Assembly: GCA_039586365.1 (NCBI GenBank) | Contig: JBDHKN010000034.1 | Coordinates: 1 to 64,000, forward strand | Origin: Gemmatimonadota bacterium | Lineage (GTDB): Bacteria; Gemmatimonadota; Gemmatimonadetes; Gemmatimonadales; GWC2-71-9 | Length of the DNA: 64,000 nucleotides | Direction of reading: 5' to 3' | Part shown: positions 9,948 through 20,506 of the stretch, piece by piece | How positions within the stretch are numbered: position 1 is the stretch's first letter | Layout: every line of letters starts with the position of its first letter | Program-made: the position numbers and the translations under genes | Notes under the pieces: generated by a model | Seen by the model: only the letters and a program-made list of their open reading frames with translations | What the model was told of the DNA's origin: nothing | The model's database searches: none

Positions 9948-10454
9948 ATGGATGCAGTGTACACCGTTGGCAGGGCTGCTGTCTCTATCTTCCTACTGGC
10001 AGTAACGTCGAGTGCCTGCAGCCGTGGGTCGCAGGACCGCTACAGCGATCCAGTTGAGGAGCGAGCAGTGCTCGCGGAGCTGGAGCAGTACTACAGTGAC
10101 TTCAGCTCGCGAGACTGGGAAGCCTATGCCGGCCATTTCTGGCCCGGGGCGGACTTGACCACAGTGTGGCAACCCGCGGGAGAAGACGAAGATCGCGTGA
10201 TCGCCACGACGATCGACGATTTCATTTCCCAAGCTCCCCAGGGTCCCGGAAGTCGCGAGATATTTGAGGAGCGGATGATCGAGGCTCACATCCGTATCTT
10301 CAACAACCTGGCTCAAGCCTGGGTCCGCTATGGGATGCGGTTTGGTGACCCGGGAGAGGTAGCTGAGTGGGAAGGCGTCGACGCCTTCGCATTGCTCAAA
10401 CACGGTGGCAGTTGGAGAATAGCGTCGCTGGTTTTCTCGAGCGAGGGCTCCTGA
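9948..10454 (+). CDS. NTF2-like (SnoaL-like) lipoprotein
   Basis: Lipobox-like TSSAC, LAQAW..Y, GVDAFALLKHGGSWRI; GAGG upstream of ATG 9948. Confidence 0.7.
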   Translation: MDAVYTVGRAAVSIFLLAVTSSACSRGSQDRYSDPVEERAVLAELEQYYSDFSSRDWEAYAGHFWPGADLTTVWQPAGEDEDRVIATTIDDFISQAPQGPGSREIFEERMIEAHIRIFNNLAQAWVRYGMRFGDPGEVAEWEGVDAFALLKHGGSWRIASLVFSSEGS

Positions 10455-10470
10455 CCGATCTTGGAGGGGT

Positions 10471-10953
10471 ATGCTGGAAGGAATAAAGTCGTTCTTCGAC
10501 AGGAACATCGCCCAGGCGGCTGGGCCTGAGTGTCTCGAGGACGCGGTTCCCTCGGGTGCGCAGCCCGACCGTGTTCCCCTGGCCGCCTGTGCGCTGTTGC
10601 TGGAATTGGCTCATGCCGACGATGAGTTCACCGCTGACGAGCGGGCCCACATTGAAGAGGCCCTGGTGCGGCACTTCGACCTCGAGCCAGACGCAGTGAC
10701 CGAACTCATTCAACTGGCAGAGCAAGAGCGCACACGTTCGGTGGATTTGTATCAGTTCACCAAACTCATTTCAGAGCAGTACGATCTGGGGCAGAAGATG
10801 GTTCTGGCCGAGATCATGTGGCGTGTGGTCTACGCGGATGGTGAGCTGGCAAAACACGAGAGCTATCTGATGCGCAAGCTGTCAAACCTGCTCGGTATCA
10901 AGCCGGGATACCTGGCCGACGCGCGCAAGAAGGTGAGGGGAGCGGAAGACTAG
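10471..10953 (+). CDS. TerB family protein
   Basis: ALLLELAHADDEF..ER, MWRVVYADGEL..HE, KLSNLLGI. Confidence 0.85.
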   Translation: MLEGIKSFFDRNIAQAAGPECLEDAVPSGAQPDRVPLAACALLLELAHADDEFTADERAHIEEALVRHFDLEPDAVTELIQLAEQERTRSVDLYQFTKLISEQYDLGQKMVLAEIMWRVVYADGELAKHESYLMRKLSNLLGIKPGYLADARKKVRGAED

Positions 10954-10958
10954 CTGCA

Positions 10959-12329
10959 ATGTCAGCCGATCTTCGAACGAGGTTGCTGGACCACCTCAAG
11001 CAAACCGCCCTGTTTGACCGTCCCGGGCTCGCGTTGCTGGCCGTGAGTGGAGGTCCGGACTCAGTTGCCCTCCTGGACTTGATGCATCTGGTCGGGCCGG
11101 AGTTCGAGCTAGAACTGGCAGTAGGCCATGTCGAGCACGGCATCCAGAGCCAGACGCTGCGGGCAGCTGAGCACGTGCGTGAGCTGGCGAACTGCTACTC
11201 CGTTCCCTGTCACATCGAGAGATTGTCGCTTGGCGCAGGTACGTCTGAGACGTCCGCTCGCGAGGCAAGCTATGGTGCCTTACGGCTCATGCAAGAACGG
11301 GTGCATGCGCAATATGTCGTGACAGCTCACCAGCGTGACGACCAGATAGAAACGGTGTTGTACCGTTTCCTGCGCGGGAGCGGCATCGCTGGGCTGGCGG
11401 GCATCCCGGCGCGGGGGCCCCGCGGCATCGTACGTCCGCTGCTGCCGTTCCACCGGCGTGAACTGGCCGATTGGCTGGCAGCGCGCGCGCTGGATCCGGC
11501 AACCCACCCGTTCGTCTTTCAGGACCCGGCAAATGAGGATCAACGTCACGATCGCGTGTGGCTGAGACGAGCGGTGCTACCGATTATTCGGGACCGGTTC
11601 GGGGCAGACTCCGGTGGGCGGATACTCGATTTGGCGGACGACGCGGCTGGCGACAGAGCTGCATGGGCTGCCCTTTTGCAGGCCCTGCCGGATTTGGACT
11701 TCGCGCGGCGTGGGGACTGTGTCGAGGTTGCTGTTGCCCCCCTTCAACGGTATGATAAAACATTGTCAGTGGCGCTCTTGCGTGCCGTCACCAGGGAGGT
11801 GGGATGTCATTTGGGGCAGCGACGTGCAGCTCGGCTACTGGCGTTCGCAATGGGGAGCTCGAGCGGCCGCTCGATCCAGCTGGGGTCGGGTTGGCAAGCG
11901 GAGCTCGTGTTCAGTCGTCTCCGGGTTCGGCGCGACTCCAGGTCGGAGGTGCCCAAATCCCGGATAGTTGTTTGGGGAGTGGGGGTGAACGAAGCAAGTT
12001 CGGCGGGGTGGGGCCGATGGGAATTCAATTGGTGCACAGGGACGGCCGAGACGCCACAGCGCGACACCTTCTTCACGTGGGTCACACCCGGGTCGGGTGA
12101 AATAAGAGGTGTGCATGCTGGTGACCGGATGTTGCCGCTCGGTGGCGTTGGGCGCCGCAAGGTGAGACGGTTGCTCATGGAAGCTGGCATTCCGGCAAGT
12201 GAAAGGGCTGAGTATCCGGTCATCGTACGCGGCAATGTTGTGCTGTGGATCCCAGGCGTGTGCCGGTCGGCGGACGAAGTCCCCCAGGTGGGGACTCCGG
12301 CGGTGAGGTTGGATGCACGCCCGGCCTGA
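10959..12329 (+). CDS. tilS: tRNA(Ile)-lysidine synthetase
   Basis: PP-loop AVSGGPDS, HQRDDQIET, IVRPLL, C-terminal GDRM..RKV domain; tilS-hpt-ftsH synteny. Confidence 0.9.
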   Translation: MSADLRTRLLDHLKQTALFDRPGLALLAVSGGPDSVALLDLMHLVGPEFELELAVGHVEHGIQSQTLRAAEHVRELANCYSVPCHIERLSLGAGTSETSAREASYGALRLMQERVHAQYVVTAHQRDDQIETVLYRFLRGSGIAGLAGIPARGPRGIVRPLLPFHRRELADWLAARALDPATHPFVFQDPANEDQRHDRVWLRRAVLPIIRDRFGADSGGRILDLADDAAGDRAAWAALLQALPDLDFARRGDCVEVAVAPLQRYDKTLSVALLRAVTREVGCHLGQRRAARLLAFAMGSSSGRSIQLGSGWQAELVFSRLRVRRDSRSEVPKSRIVVWGVGVNEASSAGWGRWEFNWCTGTAETPQRDTFFTWVTPGSGEIRGVHAGDRMLPLGGVGRRKVRRLLMEAGIPASERAEYPVIVRGNVVLWIPGVCRSADEVPQVGTPAVRLDARPA

Positions 12330-12867
12330 CATTGCCAGGGTCACCGGAGGCAAGGAGTTAGGCGATATCGTCTACACGGAAGAGGTGATTCAGCGCCGTG
12401 TGCGGGAACTCGGAACGGAGGTTGGGGAGTACTATAAGACGGGGGAGCTGCTGCTGATCGGGTTGCTCAAGGGCAGTATCGTCTTCATGAGCGACTTGGT
12501 CAGGTGGATACCGCGGCCTCACATTTGGGATTTCTTGGTCGCGGCATCGTACGGATCGGGCACCAAATCCAGTGGGCACGTCCGGCTGCTGTACGACCCA
12601 GCGACCGACGTGGCAGGGAAACACGTGCTTTTCGTTGAAGATATTGTCGACTCTGGCGCGACCTTGGACAAGGTCGTCCGGATATGCGAAACGCGTGAGC
12701 CTGCCAGCCTGGAGATTTGTGCGCTGTTGCACAAGAGGATTGGGCAGCCTGCCTTGGAGCCTCGGTTCGTGGGGTTCGACGCGCCGGCGAAGTTCTTGGT
12801 GGGCTACGGCTTGGACTTTGCCGAGGAGTTTCGTCACCTACCGTTCATTGCCAGTTTGAAGGAGTAG
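12313..12867 (+). CDS. hpt: Hypoxanthine phosphoribosyltransferase
   Basis: LLKGS, SYG, PRPP motif VEDIVDSGATL, FLVGYGLD. Confidence 0.93.
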   Translation: MHARPDIARVTGGKELGDIVYTEEVIQRRVRELGTEVGEYYKTGELLLIGLLKGSIVFMSDLVRWIPRPHIWDFLVAASYGSGTKSSGHVRLLYDPATDVAGKHVLFVEDIVDSGATLDKVVRICETREPASLEICALLHKRIGQPALEPRFVGFDAPAKFLVGYGLDFAEEFRHLPFIASLKE

Positions 12868-12868
12868 A

Positions 12869-14854
12869 ATGGCCGATAGACTGCCGCCGAAGAAGTTGGG
12901 CTGGGGCATGATGAGCAAGAACCTGATGTTCTGGCTGTTGATCGTCATGGTTTCCCTCGTCCTCTACCAAACGCTAGGTCCCCGGCGAGATGAAGCTGTG
13001 GAACTACCGTATTCGACGTTCAGCCAGGAGTTGCAGCAGAGCAACGTACTGCGGGTGGAGATCACCAGCGGGAAATTCGTGGAAGGCGACTTCAAGCGCC
13101 CGGTGCCTTACGAACAGCGGGACGTGACGAAGTTCCGGACGGTGCTACCCATTCAGGACTCAGAGCAGCTCATCGAGCGGCTGGAAGAAAAGAGCGTACC
13201 GATCGCCGCAAAAGAGCCCAAGGCTTCGTTCGGCACCGTATTTGTTCAACTACTGCCGTGGGTCATTTTGATCGGTCTGTGGATCTTCTTCTTCCGGCAA
13301 GTGCAGCAAGGTGGAAATCGAGCGTTCTCCTTCGGGAAGTCGAAGGCAAAACTCCTCACCGGGGACACTCCCAAGGTCACCTTTCAAGACGCGGCAGGCG
13401 CCGACGAGGCAAAAGTGGAGCTCGAGGAGGTGATCGAGTTCCTCAAGGACCCACAGAAATTCCAGCGTTTGGGGGGACGGCTGCCTAAAGGCGTGCTGTT
13501 GGTCGGGCCGCCCGGTACTGGGAAGACGCTACTTGCCAGAGCGGTGGCCGGTGAGGCGGGACGTCCCTTCTTCTCGATGTCGGGATCCGATTTCGTCGAG
13601 ATGTTCGTAGGGGTCGGTGCCTCTCGGGTGCGCGATCTGTTCGAGCAGGGGAAGGTCCATGCACCATGCATCATCTTCATTGACGAGATCGACGCCGTCG
13701 GGCGCCACCGTGGCGCAGGCCTGGGTGGCGGACACGACGAGCGGGAACAGACGCTGAACCAATTGCTGGTCGAGATGGATGGGTTCGAGTCCAACGAGGG
13801 CGTGATACTCCTGGCGGCGACCAACCGACCGGACGTCTTGGATCCGGCCTTGCTGAGACCAGGCCGGTTCGATCGACAGATAGTGGTTGATATGCCAGAT
13901 GTGCGCGGCCGCGAGATGATCCTCAAGGTGCATGTGCGCAAGATTCCGCTGGCGAACGACGTCAAGCTGGTGACGATAGCTCGGGCCACACCGGGGTTGG
14001 CCGGTGCTGATCTGGCCAACATCGTGAATGAGTCGGCGCTCCTGGCTGCACGCAGGAACAAGCAGTCGGTGGACATGGAAGATCTGGAAGACGCCAAGGA
14101 CAAGGTGATGCTGGGTGTGGAGCGCAAGAGCATGGTCCTTTCCGACGAGGAGCGCAAGCTGACCGCCTATCACGAGGCGGGCCACGCGCTGGTCAGCCTC
14201 AGGGTGCCCGGCCTCGACCCGGTCCACAAGGTCAGCATTGTCCCGCGCGGACGTGCCCTCGGGCTGACGTTTTCTCTGCCGGAAGAGGATCGTCACAACT
14301 ACACCAAGGAGTACATCCTGGGTCGACTCGCCATGGCCTACGGTGGGCGCGTAGCGGAGGAACTGATATTCGGGCCCGAGAAGGTTACCACTGGCGCCGC
14401 CCAAGATATTCAGCAGGCGACGGAGATGGCGCGGCGCATGGTGACTCAGTTCGGCATGAGTGACGCAGTTGGACCGGTGGCCGTCGGCGATCAGGAACAC
14501 CAGATCTTCCTGGGTCGGGAGTTTGCTCAGCGTAGGGAAGTGTCGGACAGTACCGCTGAGCTGGTGGACGAGGAGGTGAAACGGATACTTGAGGAGGCTT
14601 TCCAGCGGGCTCGAGAGATCTTGCGGGGCGACCTGGACACATTGCATCGGATGGCGGACGTACTACTCGAAAGAGAGACGATCGACCGGGACGAAGTCGA
14701 GCTAATCGCCCAGGGCAAAGAACTGCCACCACCATCTCAGGAAGTACTCGACAGCCCTGCACAACCTCCAGCGCAAGGGTCGAGTGAAAAGTCGCCGGCT
14801 TCCGACCACGGCCCAGTGCTGGGCACTCCGCCCGCGGAACCCGCCGGGGCGTGA
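12869..14854 (+). CDS. ftsH: ATP-dependent zinc metalloprotease FtsH
   Basis: 2 [20 protein letters not shown] region, HEAGH. Confidence 0.98.
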   Translation: MADRLPPKKLGWGMMSKNLMFWLLIVMVSLVLYQTLGPRRDEAVELPYSTFSQELQQSNVLRVEITSGKFVEGDFKRPVPYEQRDVTKFRTVLPIQDSEQLIERLEEKSVPIAAKEPKASFGTVFVQLLPWVILIGLWIFFFRQVQQGGNRAFSFGKSKAKLLTGDTPKVTFQDAAGADEAKVELEEVIEFLKDPQKFQRLGGRLPKGVLLVGPPGTGKTLLARAVAGEAGRPFFSMSGSDFVEMFVGVGASRVRDLFEQGKVHAPCIIFIDEIDAVGRHRGAGLGGGHDEREQTLNQLLVEMDGFESNEGVILLAATNRPDVLDPALLRPGRFDRQIVVDMPDVRGREMILKVHVRKIPLANDVKLVTIARATPGLAGADLANIVNESALLAARRNKQSVDMEDLEDAKDKVMLGVERKSMVLSDEERKLTAYHEAGHALVSLRVPGLDPVHKVSIVPRGRALGLTFSLPEEDRHNYTKEYILGRLAMAYGGRVAEELIFGPEKVTTGAAQDIQQATEMARRMVTQFGMSDAVGPVAVGDQEHQIFLGREFAQRREVSDSTAELVDEEVKRILEEAFQRAREILRGDLDTLHRMADVLLERETIDRDEVELIAQGKELPPPSQEVLDSPAQPPAQGSSEKSPASDHGPVLGTPPAEPAGA

Positions 14855-16023
14855 CTGTTACCCTGCTCGCGTCGCGCGACCCGAAGGCGCTTCGGGATGC
14901 GTTGGTGCGGCGGGGCATGGACGAATCCCACGCAAGTTCGGCTGCCCTCGGTCTGAGGCCGCTGACCCTGGTGGTCGACTCGCGGGCTCAGGAGACGCGC
15001 GACGCGCTGGCCGCAGCGGCTCGGCGACTGGGGGTCGAGTGCCTTACAGATGACGGTTGGACCCTCCTGGCTGGTTCAGCCAGCCAGCTAGCCGGCCTGA
15101 CCCGTAGCGTCACAGCCACAATCCCACGACCTGTGGTCGATCAGCTGAGCCAGCTGCTCCGGGGGATGCTGCAGTCGAGAGTGAGCTGGACCACCGCGCG
15201 CGGTTCAATTGATCTCGGCCGTCCAGTGGTTGCCGGTATCCTCAACATCACACCAGACTCCTTCAGCGACGGCGGCAGTTATCTCGATCCGGCCGCTGCC
15301 TTGCGTCACGCCGAACACATGATAGAGGCAGGCGCGGGCATGTTGGATTTGGGTGCGCAATCGAGTCGGCCGGGCCGCACCGATCAGGTGTCCGCTGAGG
15401 AGGAATGGCGGCGCTTGGCACCAGTGCTAGGCGAGTTGACAAGGAGTCATCCCAGGACCCCCATCAGTGTGGATACTGTTAGGGCGGAAACGGCGGCGCG
15501 TGCACTCGAGACCGGGGCTTGGGCTATCAACGACGTGTCCGGGCTCAGGTTTGATCCCGCGATTGCCGACGTTTGTGCCAGCCACGGAGCAGGGCTCATT
15601 CTAATGCACTCCCGCGGCTCGTTCGCCGAGATGGCGACGTACGACCACGCGCGGTACAGCGATGTTGTCGCGGAGACGGTGTGGGAGCTGGTGGGCTCGG
15701 TGGAAAGTGCCGAGTCCCGCGGAGTCGAGCGGGACCGCATCGTGATCGATCCGGGCCTTGGTTTCTCCAAGCTGCCAGAGCAGAACTACCGAGTGGTTGC
15801 GGGCCTCCCGGCGCTGGCGTCACTCGGGTTGCCGGTGATGCTCGGCCCATCCCGGAAGCGGTTCCTCGGCACGGTCACGGGCCAGCCTGCCGCCGAGCGA
15901 GATCATGCCACCGCTGCGTTGTGCGTGGCGGCACGTTCTCTTGGGGCGAGTTTGTTTCGCGTCCATGCGGTCCGGCTGGTCAAAGAAGCGCTTGATATAG
16001 CTGCGGAAATCGAGAGCGCGTAA
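14851..16023 (+). CDS. folP: Dihydropteroate synthase with N-terminal extension
   Basis: GILNITPDSFSDGG, SSRPG, INDVSG, DPGLGF, SRKRF, RVHAV. Confidence 0.93.
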   Translation: MTVTLLASRDPKALRDALVRRGMDESHASSAALGLRPLTLVVDSRAQETRDALAAAARRLGVECLTDDGWTLLAGSASQLAGLTRSVTATIPRPVVDQLSQLLRGMLQSRVSWTTARGSIDLGRPVVAGILNITPDSFSDGGSYLDPAAALRHAEHMIEAGAGMLDLGAQSSRPGRTDQVSAEEEWRRLAPVLGELTRSHPRTPISVDTVRAETAARALETGAWAINDVSGLRFDPAIADVCASHGAGLILMHSRGSFAEMATYDHARYSDVVAETVWELVGSVESAESRGVERDRIVIDPGLGFSKLPEQNYRVVAGLPALASLGLPVMLGPSRKRFLGTVTGQPAAERDHATAALCVAARSLGASLFRVHAVRLVKEALDIAAEIESA

Positions 16024-16826
16024 TGCCACTGGAACAATTCCGCTTTCTGTTGCCTGGCTTGCGTGACGTCGTCGAGATCCTCATTGTCGCGTTCGTCATT
16101 TACCGGCTGCTGTTGTTTCTTGCCGGGATGCGGGCGCTACAGATATTGCTGGGGCTGCTCTCGCTCGTGCTGATCTATTTCATATCTGTGATCCTCAAGT
16201 TCAACATGATCTCGACCCTGCTCGGTCTGGGTTTCACCTATGGCGCGTTCGCTGCAGTCGTGGTGTTCCAGCCCGAGCTGAGACAGGCGTTAGCACGGCT
16301 GGGGAGATCAAAGGCTATCCGCCTGCTGACCAGCACCGATCCTAGTGCGGTCGCAGATCAGGTGGCAGAGGCGGTGAGCCGCCTGGCTCGCAACGGGACT
16401 GGGGCGATAATTGCGGTCGAGGGTGAGGCGTCGCTCAACGACTACGCCGAGACCGGAACGGAGATGGAAGCCAACGTCTCGGCCGACTTGCTGGCCACCG
16501 TGTTCACACCCTACTCCCCGCTGCACGATGGAGCAGTCATAGTCAGGGGTAGCCGAATCGTGGCTGCTGGGTGTGTTCTCCCATTGACGCAGTTCCCGGT
16601 AACCGATAGGACGTTGGGCACGCGTCATCGCGCCGCACTCGGTCTTTCAGAAGAAACCGATGCCGTGGTCGTCGTTGTTTCTGAAGAGACGTCCAGGATA
16701 TCCATCGCGATCCGCGGCCTGCTGAAGCGAGGTGTCACGGCGGATCAAGTCCGGCAGGCAGTGGCGGCCAGGAACAGTGGGGTACTTGCGCACTCGGACG
16801 CTCCTGGTGAGGCTTCTCCTGCCTGA
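16023..16826 (+). CDS. cdaA: Membrane-bound diadenylate cyclase (CdaA/DacA)
   Basis: 3 TM, FQPELR, catalytic LHDGA and GTRHRAA motifs, VSEET. Confidence 0.93.
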   Translation: MPLEQFRFLLPGLRDVVEILIVAFVIYRLLLFLAGMRALQILLGLLSLVLIYFISVILKFNMISTLLGLGFTYGAFAAVVVFQPELRQALARLGRSKAIRLLTSTDPSAVADQVAEAVSRLARNGTGAIIAVEGEASLNDYAETGTEMEANVSADLLATVFTPYSPLHDGAVIVRGSRIVAAGCVLPLTQFPVTDRTLGTRHRAALGLSEETDAVVVVVSEETSRISIAIRGLLKRGVTADQVRQAVAARNSGVLAHSDAPGEASPA

Positions 16827-16848
16827 AAATCCCGCGAATAAACACGAT

Positions 16849-19260
16849 ATGACGAACCAATCAGTTTCAGGGGCATCCCCGGATACCCGCCGAGCACCGT
16901 ACCTGGTCGCGTTGGCCGTGTTTGTGACGGTCTTCACGGGTTACGTATATACTCTGGCTCCTACTGTCACGTTTTGGGATGCGGGTGAGTTCATTGCCAC
17001 CGCGAAGATCCTGGGGATACCGCACCCGCCCGGCACACCCCTCTTTACACTCTTGGCCAATGTTTGGGCGAGATTGGTCCCGCTGGGGGAATTCGCGTTT
17101 CGGACCAATCTGATGACGGCCGTGTTCAGCGCTTCCGCAGCGGCCTTCTTCTTCTTGCTGGTCGCACAGGCAATGCGCGGCACCGCTGATGACGACGCAA
17201 GCAGAGATCGCGTTTTCACATTGGGTGGAGGCATCGTCGCCGCCCTGACGTCGGCCTTCGCTTTTACTGTCTGGCAGAACTCCAACGAGACGGAAGTCTA
17301 CATGGTGGCTGCATTGAGCATCGCGGCCACTTCGTGGTTGGCATGGCTGTGGAGGAAGCACCGCGGGGAACCGCGGGGACCTCATATGCTCCTGCTGATC
17401 GTCTACTTCGCGGCGGTGTCGATCGGAAATCACTTGCTGGCACTACTAGTCGGTCCGGCGCTGATTGGGTTCATGGCACACGTGCTCAAGAATCACCCGC
17501 TCGAAAGCGAGTCGGACCGGAAGGTCGAATGGGGACAGTGGGCCGTGCTCACGGGAGCTTGGGCCCTTCTAATCGGCAGCGGATTGGGAAGCACCAACCT
17601 GCTCGTCTTGGGGGGCGTCGCGTTTGCCGCTGCGGCATTCTATGCCACCGCCGTCGGTGGTGGGCGCTTTGCACTGACCGTACTGCTGATCGCTGTCGTT
17701 GGTGCCACCACCTACTTGTTTCTCTACTTCCGTGCCAACGTCGGTCCTTTTATCAATGAGGCCGACCCGTCGACTTGGACCAACCTCTGGGATGTGATTG
17801 CGCGCAAACAGTATCCCCCGCGGTCTCCGTGGGACAATCCCATCTACCCGTCGGGCCCAGGCAACCCCGGGCGTTCCATTTACCTGATGGCCCTCCAGGC
17901 ACAGAACTACCTGCAGTATTTCGACTGGCAATGGGCCAAGGGACTGGCGCCGACCCAGGCTGTGTTTGCGGGTGTGAGACTTCCCTTCACGCTCCTGTTC
18001 ACATCCCTGGGGATCTACGGTGTGGCGGTGCTGTGGGAGCGGGACCGGTCGGTGTTCTGGTTCCTCGTGCTGTTGTTCGTCACCACGGGGCCGGCATTGA
18101 TGGGCTACATGAACTTCAAGCCTGGATCGTCACTCGGGTGGAGCCGGTTCCCCAACCTCGAAATGCATGAGGTTCGCGAGCGGGATTACTTCTTCACGGT
18201 GTCGTTCCAGGTCTGGGGCATGTTTGCAGGAATCGGGCTGGCTGGCATTTATCGGGCACTGCGGACCAGAATGCGGCAGGGTGGGGAGACGGGAGGCCTG
18301 TTTGTCGTGGCACCGGCCCTGGTATTCGGAGCAGCGCTACTGCCCTTCCTGCTCAATTTCAATGCGGCGAGCAGGAGGCACGGGCCCGAAGCAACGCTGG
18401 CACGGGATTTCGCTTATAATGTGCTCCAGTCTTCGGAGCCGTACGGAATCATCTTCACCAATGGCGACAACGACACGTTTCCACTCTGGTACCTCCAAGA
18501 GACCGAGGGTATCCGCCGTGACGTTGCGGTCGTCAATCTCTCGCTGGGCAATACAGATTGGTATCTGAGGCAGCTCAGAGACAATCCGGTGCGACCCTTC
18601 GAGCCTGAACAGGCGCCCTGGTTCGTTCCCCTTGCGCCGGAGACGCCGCCACCGGGGCTGCACTCGATGACGGACGAGCAGATCCTCAGTCTACAACCCC
18701 AGTTGTTGTCCAGTGAGCTGAGATTCACAGCCGGTCGAATAGACAAAGAATATCCGGTTGGCTCACCCCTGTACGTGAAAGACATCCTGATGCTCCGGCT
18801 CATCCAGGAAAACTGGAACCGGCGACCGATTTACTTCTCACTGACTGTGGGTGGCAGCAACTGGCTGCAGTTGGAAGACTACTTCACTCAAGAAGCTTTG
18901 GTCCTCAAGCTCCACGCAGCAGAGGAGCCCGATACCTCACGGCTCGCTCCTGGTATCATGAATCTCCCGGTCGACCTGCCCCGCACGGACTCGCTGGCCT
19001 GGCAGGTGTACCGCTACGGTCGTTTGTTCGAAGCCGATACGTTGGACATGATCCCCACCAACCGGAACATCGCGACGAACTTGAGCTACCCGTTCTACGC
19101 TTTGGGACAGGGTTACACCATCAACGGAGACACTGAGCGGGCTGTCGAGAACTTCCGTCGTGGCATCCATTTGGCCCCCATCTTCCCGCAGCTGGCGCCC
19201 GCGCTGGAGGCGCCGGAACCTCTCATTCCCGATTCGGTGGACAGTTCTTCCGTAAACTAG
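16849..19260 (+). CDS. DUF2723 / TMEM260-like GT-C membrane glycosyltransferase
   Basis: FWDAGEFI, HPPGTP, multiple TMs, VRERDYFF, GDNDTFPLWY. Confidence 0.85.
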   Translation: MTNQSVSGASPDTRRAPYLVALAVFVTVFTGYVYTLAPTVTFWDAGEFIATAKILGIPHPPGTPLFTLLANVWARLVPLGEFAFRTNLMTAVFSASAAAFFFLLVAQAMRGTADDDASRDRVFTLGGGIVAALTSAFAFTVWQNSNETEVYMVAALSIAATSWLAWLWRKHRGEPRGPHMLLLIVYFAAVSIGNHLLALLVGPALIGFMAHVLKNHPLESESDRKVEWGQWAVLTGAWALLIGSGLGSTNLLVLGGVAFAAAAFYATAVGGGRFALTVLLIAVVGATTYLFLYFRANVGPFINEADPSTWTNLWDVIARKQYPPRSPWDNPIYPSGPGNPGRSIYLMALQAQNYLQYFDWQWAKGLAPTQAVFAGVRLPFTLLFTSLGIYGVAVLWERDRSVFWFLVLLFVTTGPALMGYMNFKPGSSLGWSRFPNLEMHEVRERDYFFTVSFQVWGMFAGIGLAGIYRALRTRMRQGGETGGLFVVAPALVFGAALLPFLLNFNAASRRHGPEATLARDFAYNVLQSSEPYGIIFTNGDNDTFPLWYLQETEGIRRDVAVVNLSLGNTDWYLRQLRDNPVRPFEPEQAPWFVPLAPETPPPGLHSMTDEQILSLQPQLLSSELRFTAGRIDKEYPVGSPLYVKDILMLRLIQENWNRRPIYFSLTVGGSNWLQLEDYFTQEALVLKLHAAEEPDTSRLAPGIMNLPVDLPRTDSLAWQVYRYGRLFEADTLDMIPTNRNIATNLSYPFYALGQGYTINGDTERAVENFRRGIHLAPIFPQLAPALEAPEPLIPDSVDSSSVN

Positions 19261-19279
19261 CACGCTGCAGGCTGCTCAC

Positions 19280-19308
19280 TTGTAGCGGAGCATATGCTCG
19301 GCTACTAT
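19280..19308 (+). promoter_or_regulatory. Putative sigma70 promoter for leaderless yggS transcript
   Basis: TTGTAG-N17-TACTAT ending 8 nt before ATG 19317; no SD sequence. Confidence 0.5.
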
Positions 19309-19316
19309 AAACGGTT

Positions 19317-20015
19317 ATGGATTTTGCGGATCTTCCCGCCAACCTGAAGCGGGTGTTAGAGGAAATCGACCGAGTTCAGCGGCGGGAAGGGGTAAGCGGT
19401 GGCATCAGGATTGTCGCGGTGACCAAGGGCCATCCGGCTGCTGCTGTAACGGCTGCGTGCTCGGCCGGAGTTGCGGACGTTGGTGAGAACCGGGTGCAGG
19501 AGGCGCTAGGGAAACAGGACGTGACCCATCATCTTCAACTCCGGTGGCATCTGGTGGGGCACCTCCAGACCAACAAAGCGAAGTACGTGCCGGGGCGGTT
19601 CTCAGTGGTGCACTCAGTTGATTCGGTGCGAGTAGCCGATGCCCTGGCCGCAGCGGCTGGGCGGGCTGAGAGGAGAGAGGACCGAATCGAAGCCCTGGTG
19701 CAGGTCAACGTCGCCCGCGAACCGCAAAAGAGTGGCTGCCAGCCGGTAGAAGCCCTAGAGATAGCGGCGCGCATTGCCGAGCAACCGGCACTGCGACTGG
19801 CCGGGCTCATGACCATTGCACCGTTCACAGACGACGAAAAGATTCAGCGAAATGTGTTCGCGGCCTTGAGACAGTTGCGTGAAGACCTGCAGCAAAACGG
19901 ATTAGCTGCTCCAGAACTGTCCATGGGGATGTCCGCTGACTACAGCGCCGCCGTGGCCGAGGGCGCCACGATCCTCCGTCTCGGTACGGCGCTGTTTGGA
20001 GAACGTCCGACATGA
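19317..20015 (+). CDS. yggS: PLP homeostasis protein (YggS family)
   Basis: VAVTK, GENRVQE, WHLVGHLQTNK, LSMGMS, RLGTALFG. Confidence 0.95.
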   Translation: MDFADLPANLKRVLEEIDRVQRREGVSGGIRIVAVTKGHPAAAVTAACSAGVADVGENRVQEALGKQDVTHHLQLRWHLVGHLQTNKAKYVPGRFSVVHSVDSVRVADALAAAAGRAERREDRIEALVQVNVAREPQKSGCQPVEALEIAARIAEQPALRLAGLMTIAPFTDDEKIQRNVFAALRQLREDLQQNGLAAPELSMGMSADYSAAVAEGATILRLGTALFGERPT

Positions 20016-20506
20016 CGGAAGAACAGTTTCGGTTGACGCCGATCGACGTGCGGGCCCAGGAGTTCGGACGCACGGCGTTCGGGTATAGCATTGCAGGTGT
20101 GGAAGATTTCCGTGAGCGGGTGGCGGAAGAGATGGAACGACTGCTCAAGGAACGCACCACTCTGGAGGATCGCGTAGCCAATCTCCGCGAACAGATGAAG
20201 TCGTTGCGAGAACGCGAAAAGGCGATAAACGACGCAGTGGTGATGGCGCAACAACTTCGCGATGGGGCCCAGAAGAACGCGCAGCAAGAGGCAGAATTGA
20301 TAATCCGTGATGCCAGGGCCACAGCGGATGAGATCATCCGGGAAGCGCGCAATGAGGAGTTGGATGTGAGACGCGACATCGAAGATGCTCAGCATCAGTT
20401 CACCGGTTACCTTGCGGCGTTTCGCCGGCTGTTGGACCGCCAGCTGGCGGAAATCGACGCCCTGGCCGAGCACGAGCGAGACGGCAGCCCTCCGGGGATG
20501 AAGTGA
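20012..20506 (+). CDS. divIVA: DivIVA domain protein
   Basis: LTPIDVRAQEF...FGY...VEDF N-terminal motif followed by a coiled coil; yggS..ileS context. Confidence 0.88.
   Translation: MTEEQFRLTPIDVRAQEFGRTAFGYSIAGVEDFRERVAEEMERLLKERTTLEDRVANLREQMKSLREREKAINDAVVMAQQLRDGAQKNAQQEAELIIRDARATADEIIREARNEELDVRRDIEDAQHQFTGYLAAFRRLLDRQLAEIDALAEHERDGSPPGMK

Noticed and set aside
10471..10953. Tellurite-resistance or anti-phage ter operon
   Set aside because: Only a solitary TerB-family gene in a housekeeping context.
13384..14647. Long antisense ORFs (257 and 372 aa) over ftsH, and similar ones over ftsA, ftsZ and ileS
   Set aside because: Shadow ORFs expected in GC-rich coding DNA; no recognisable motifs.
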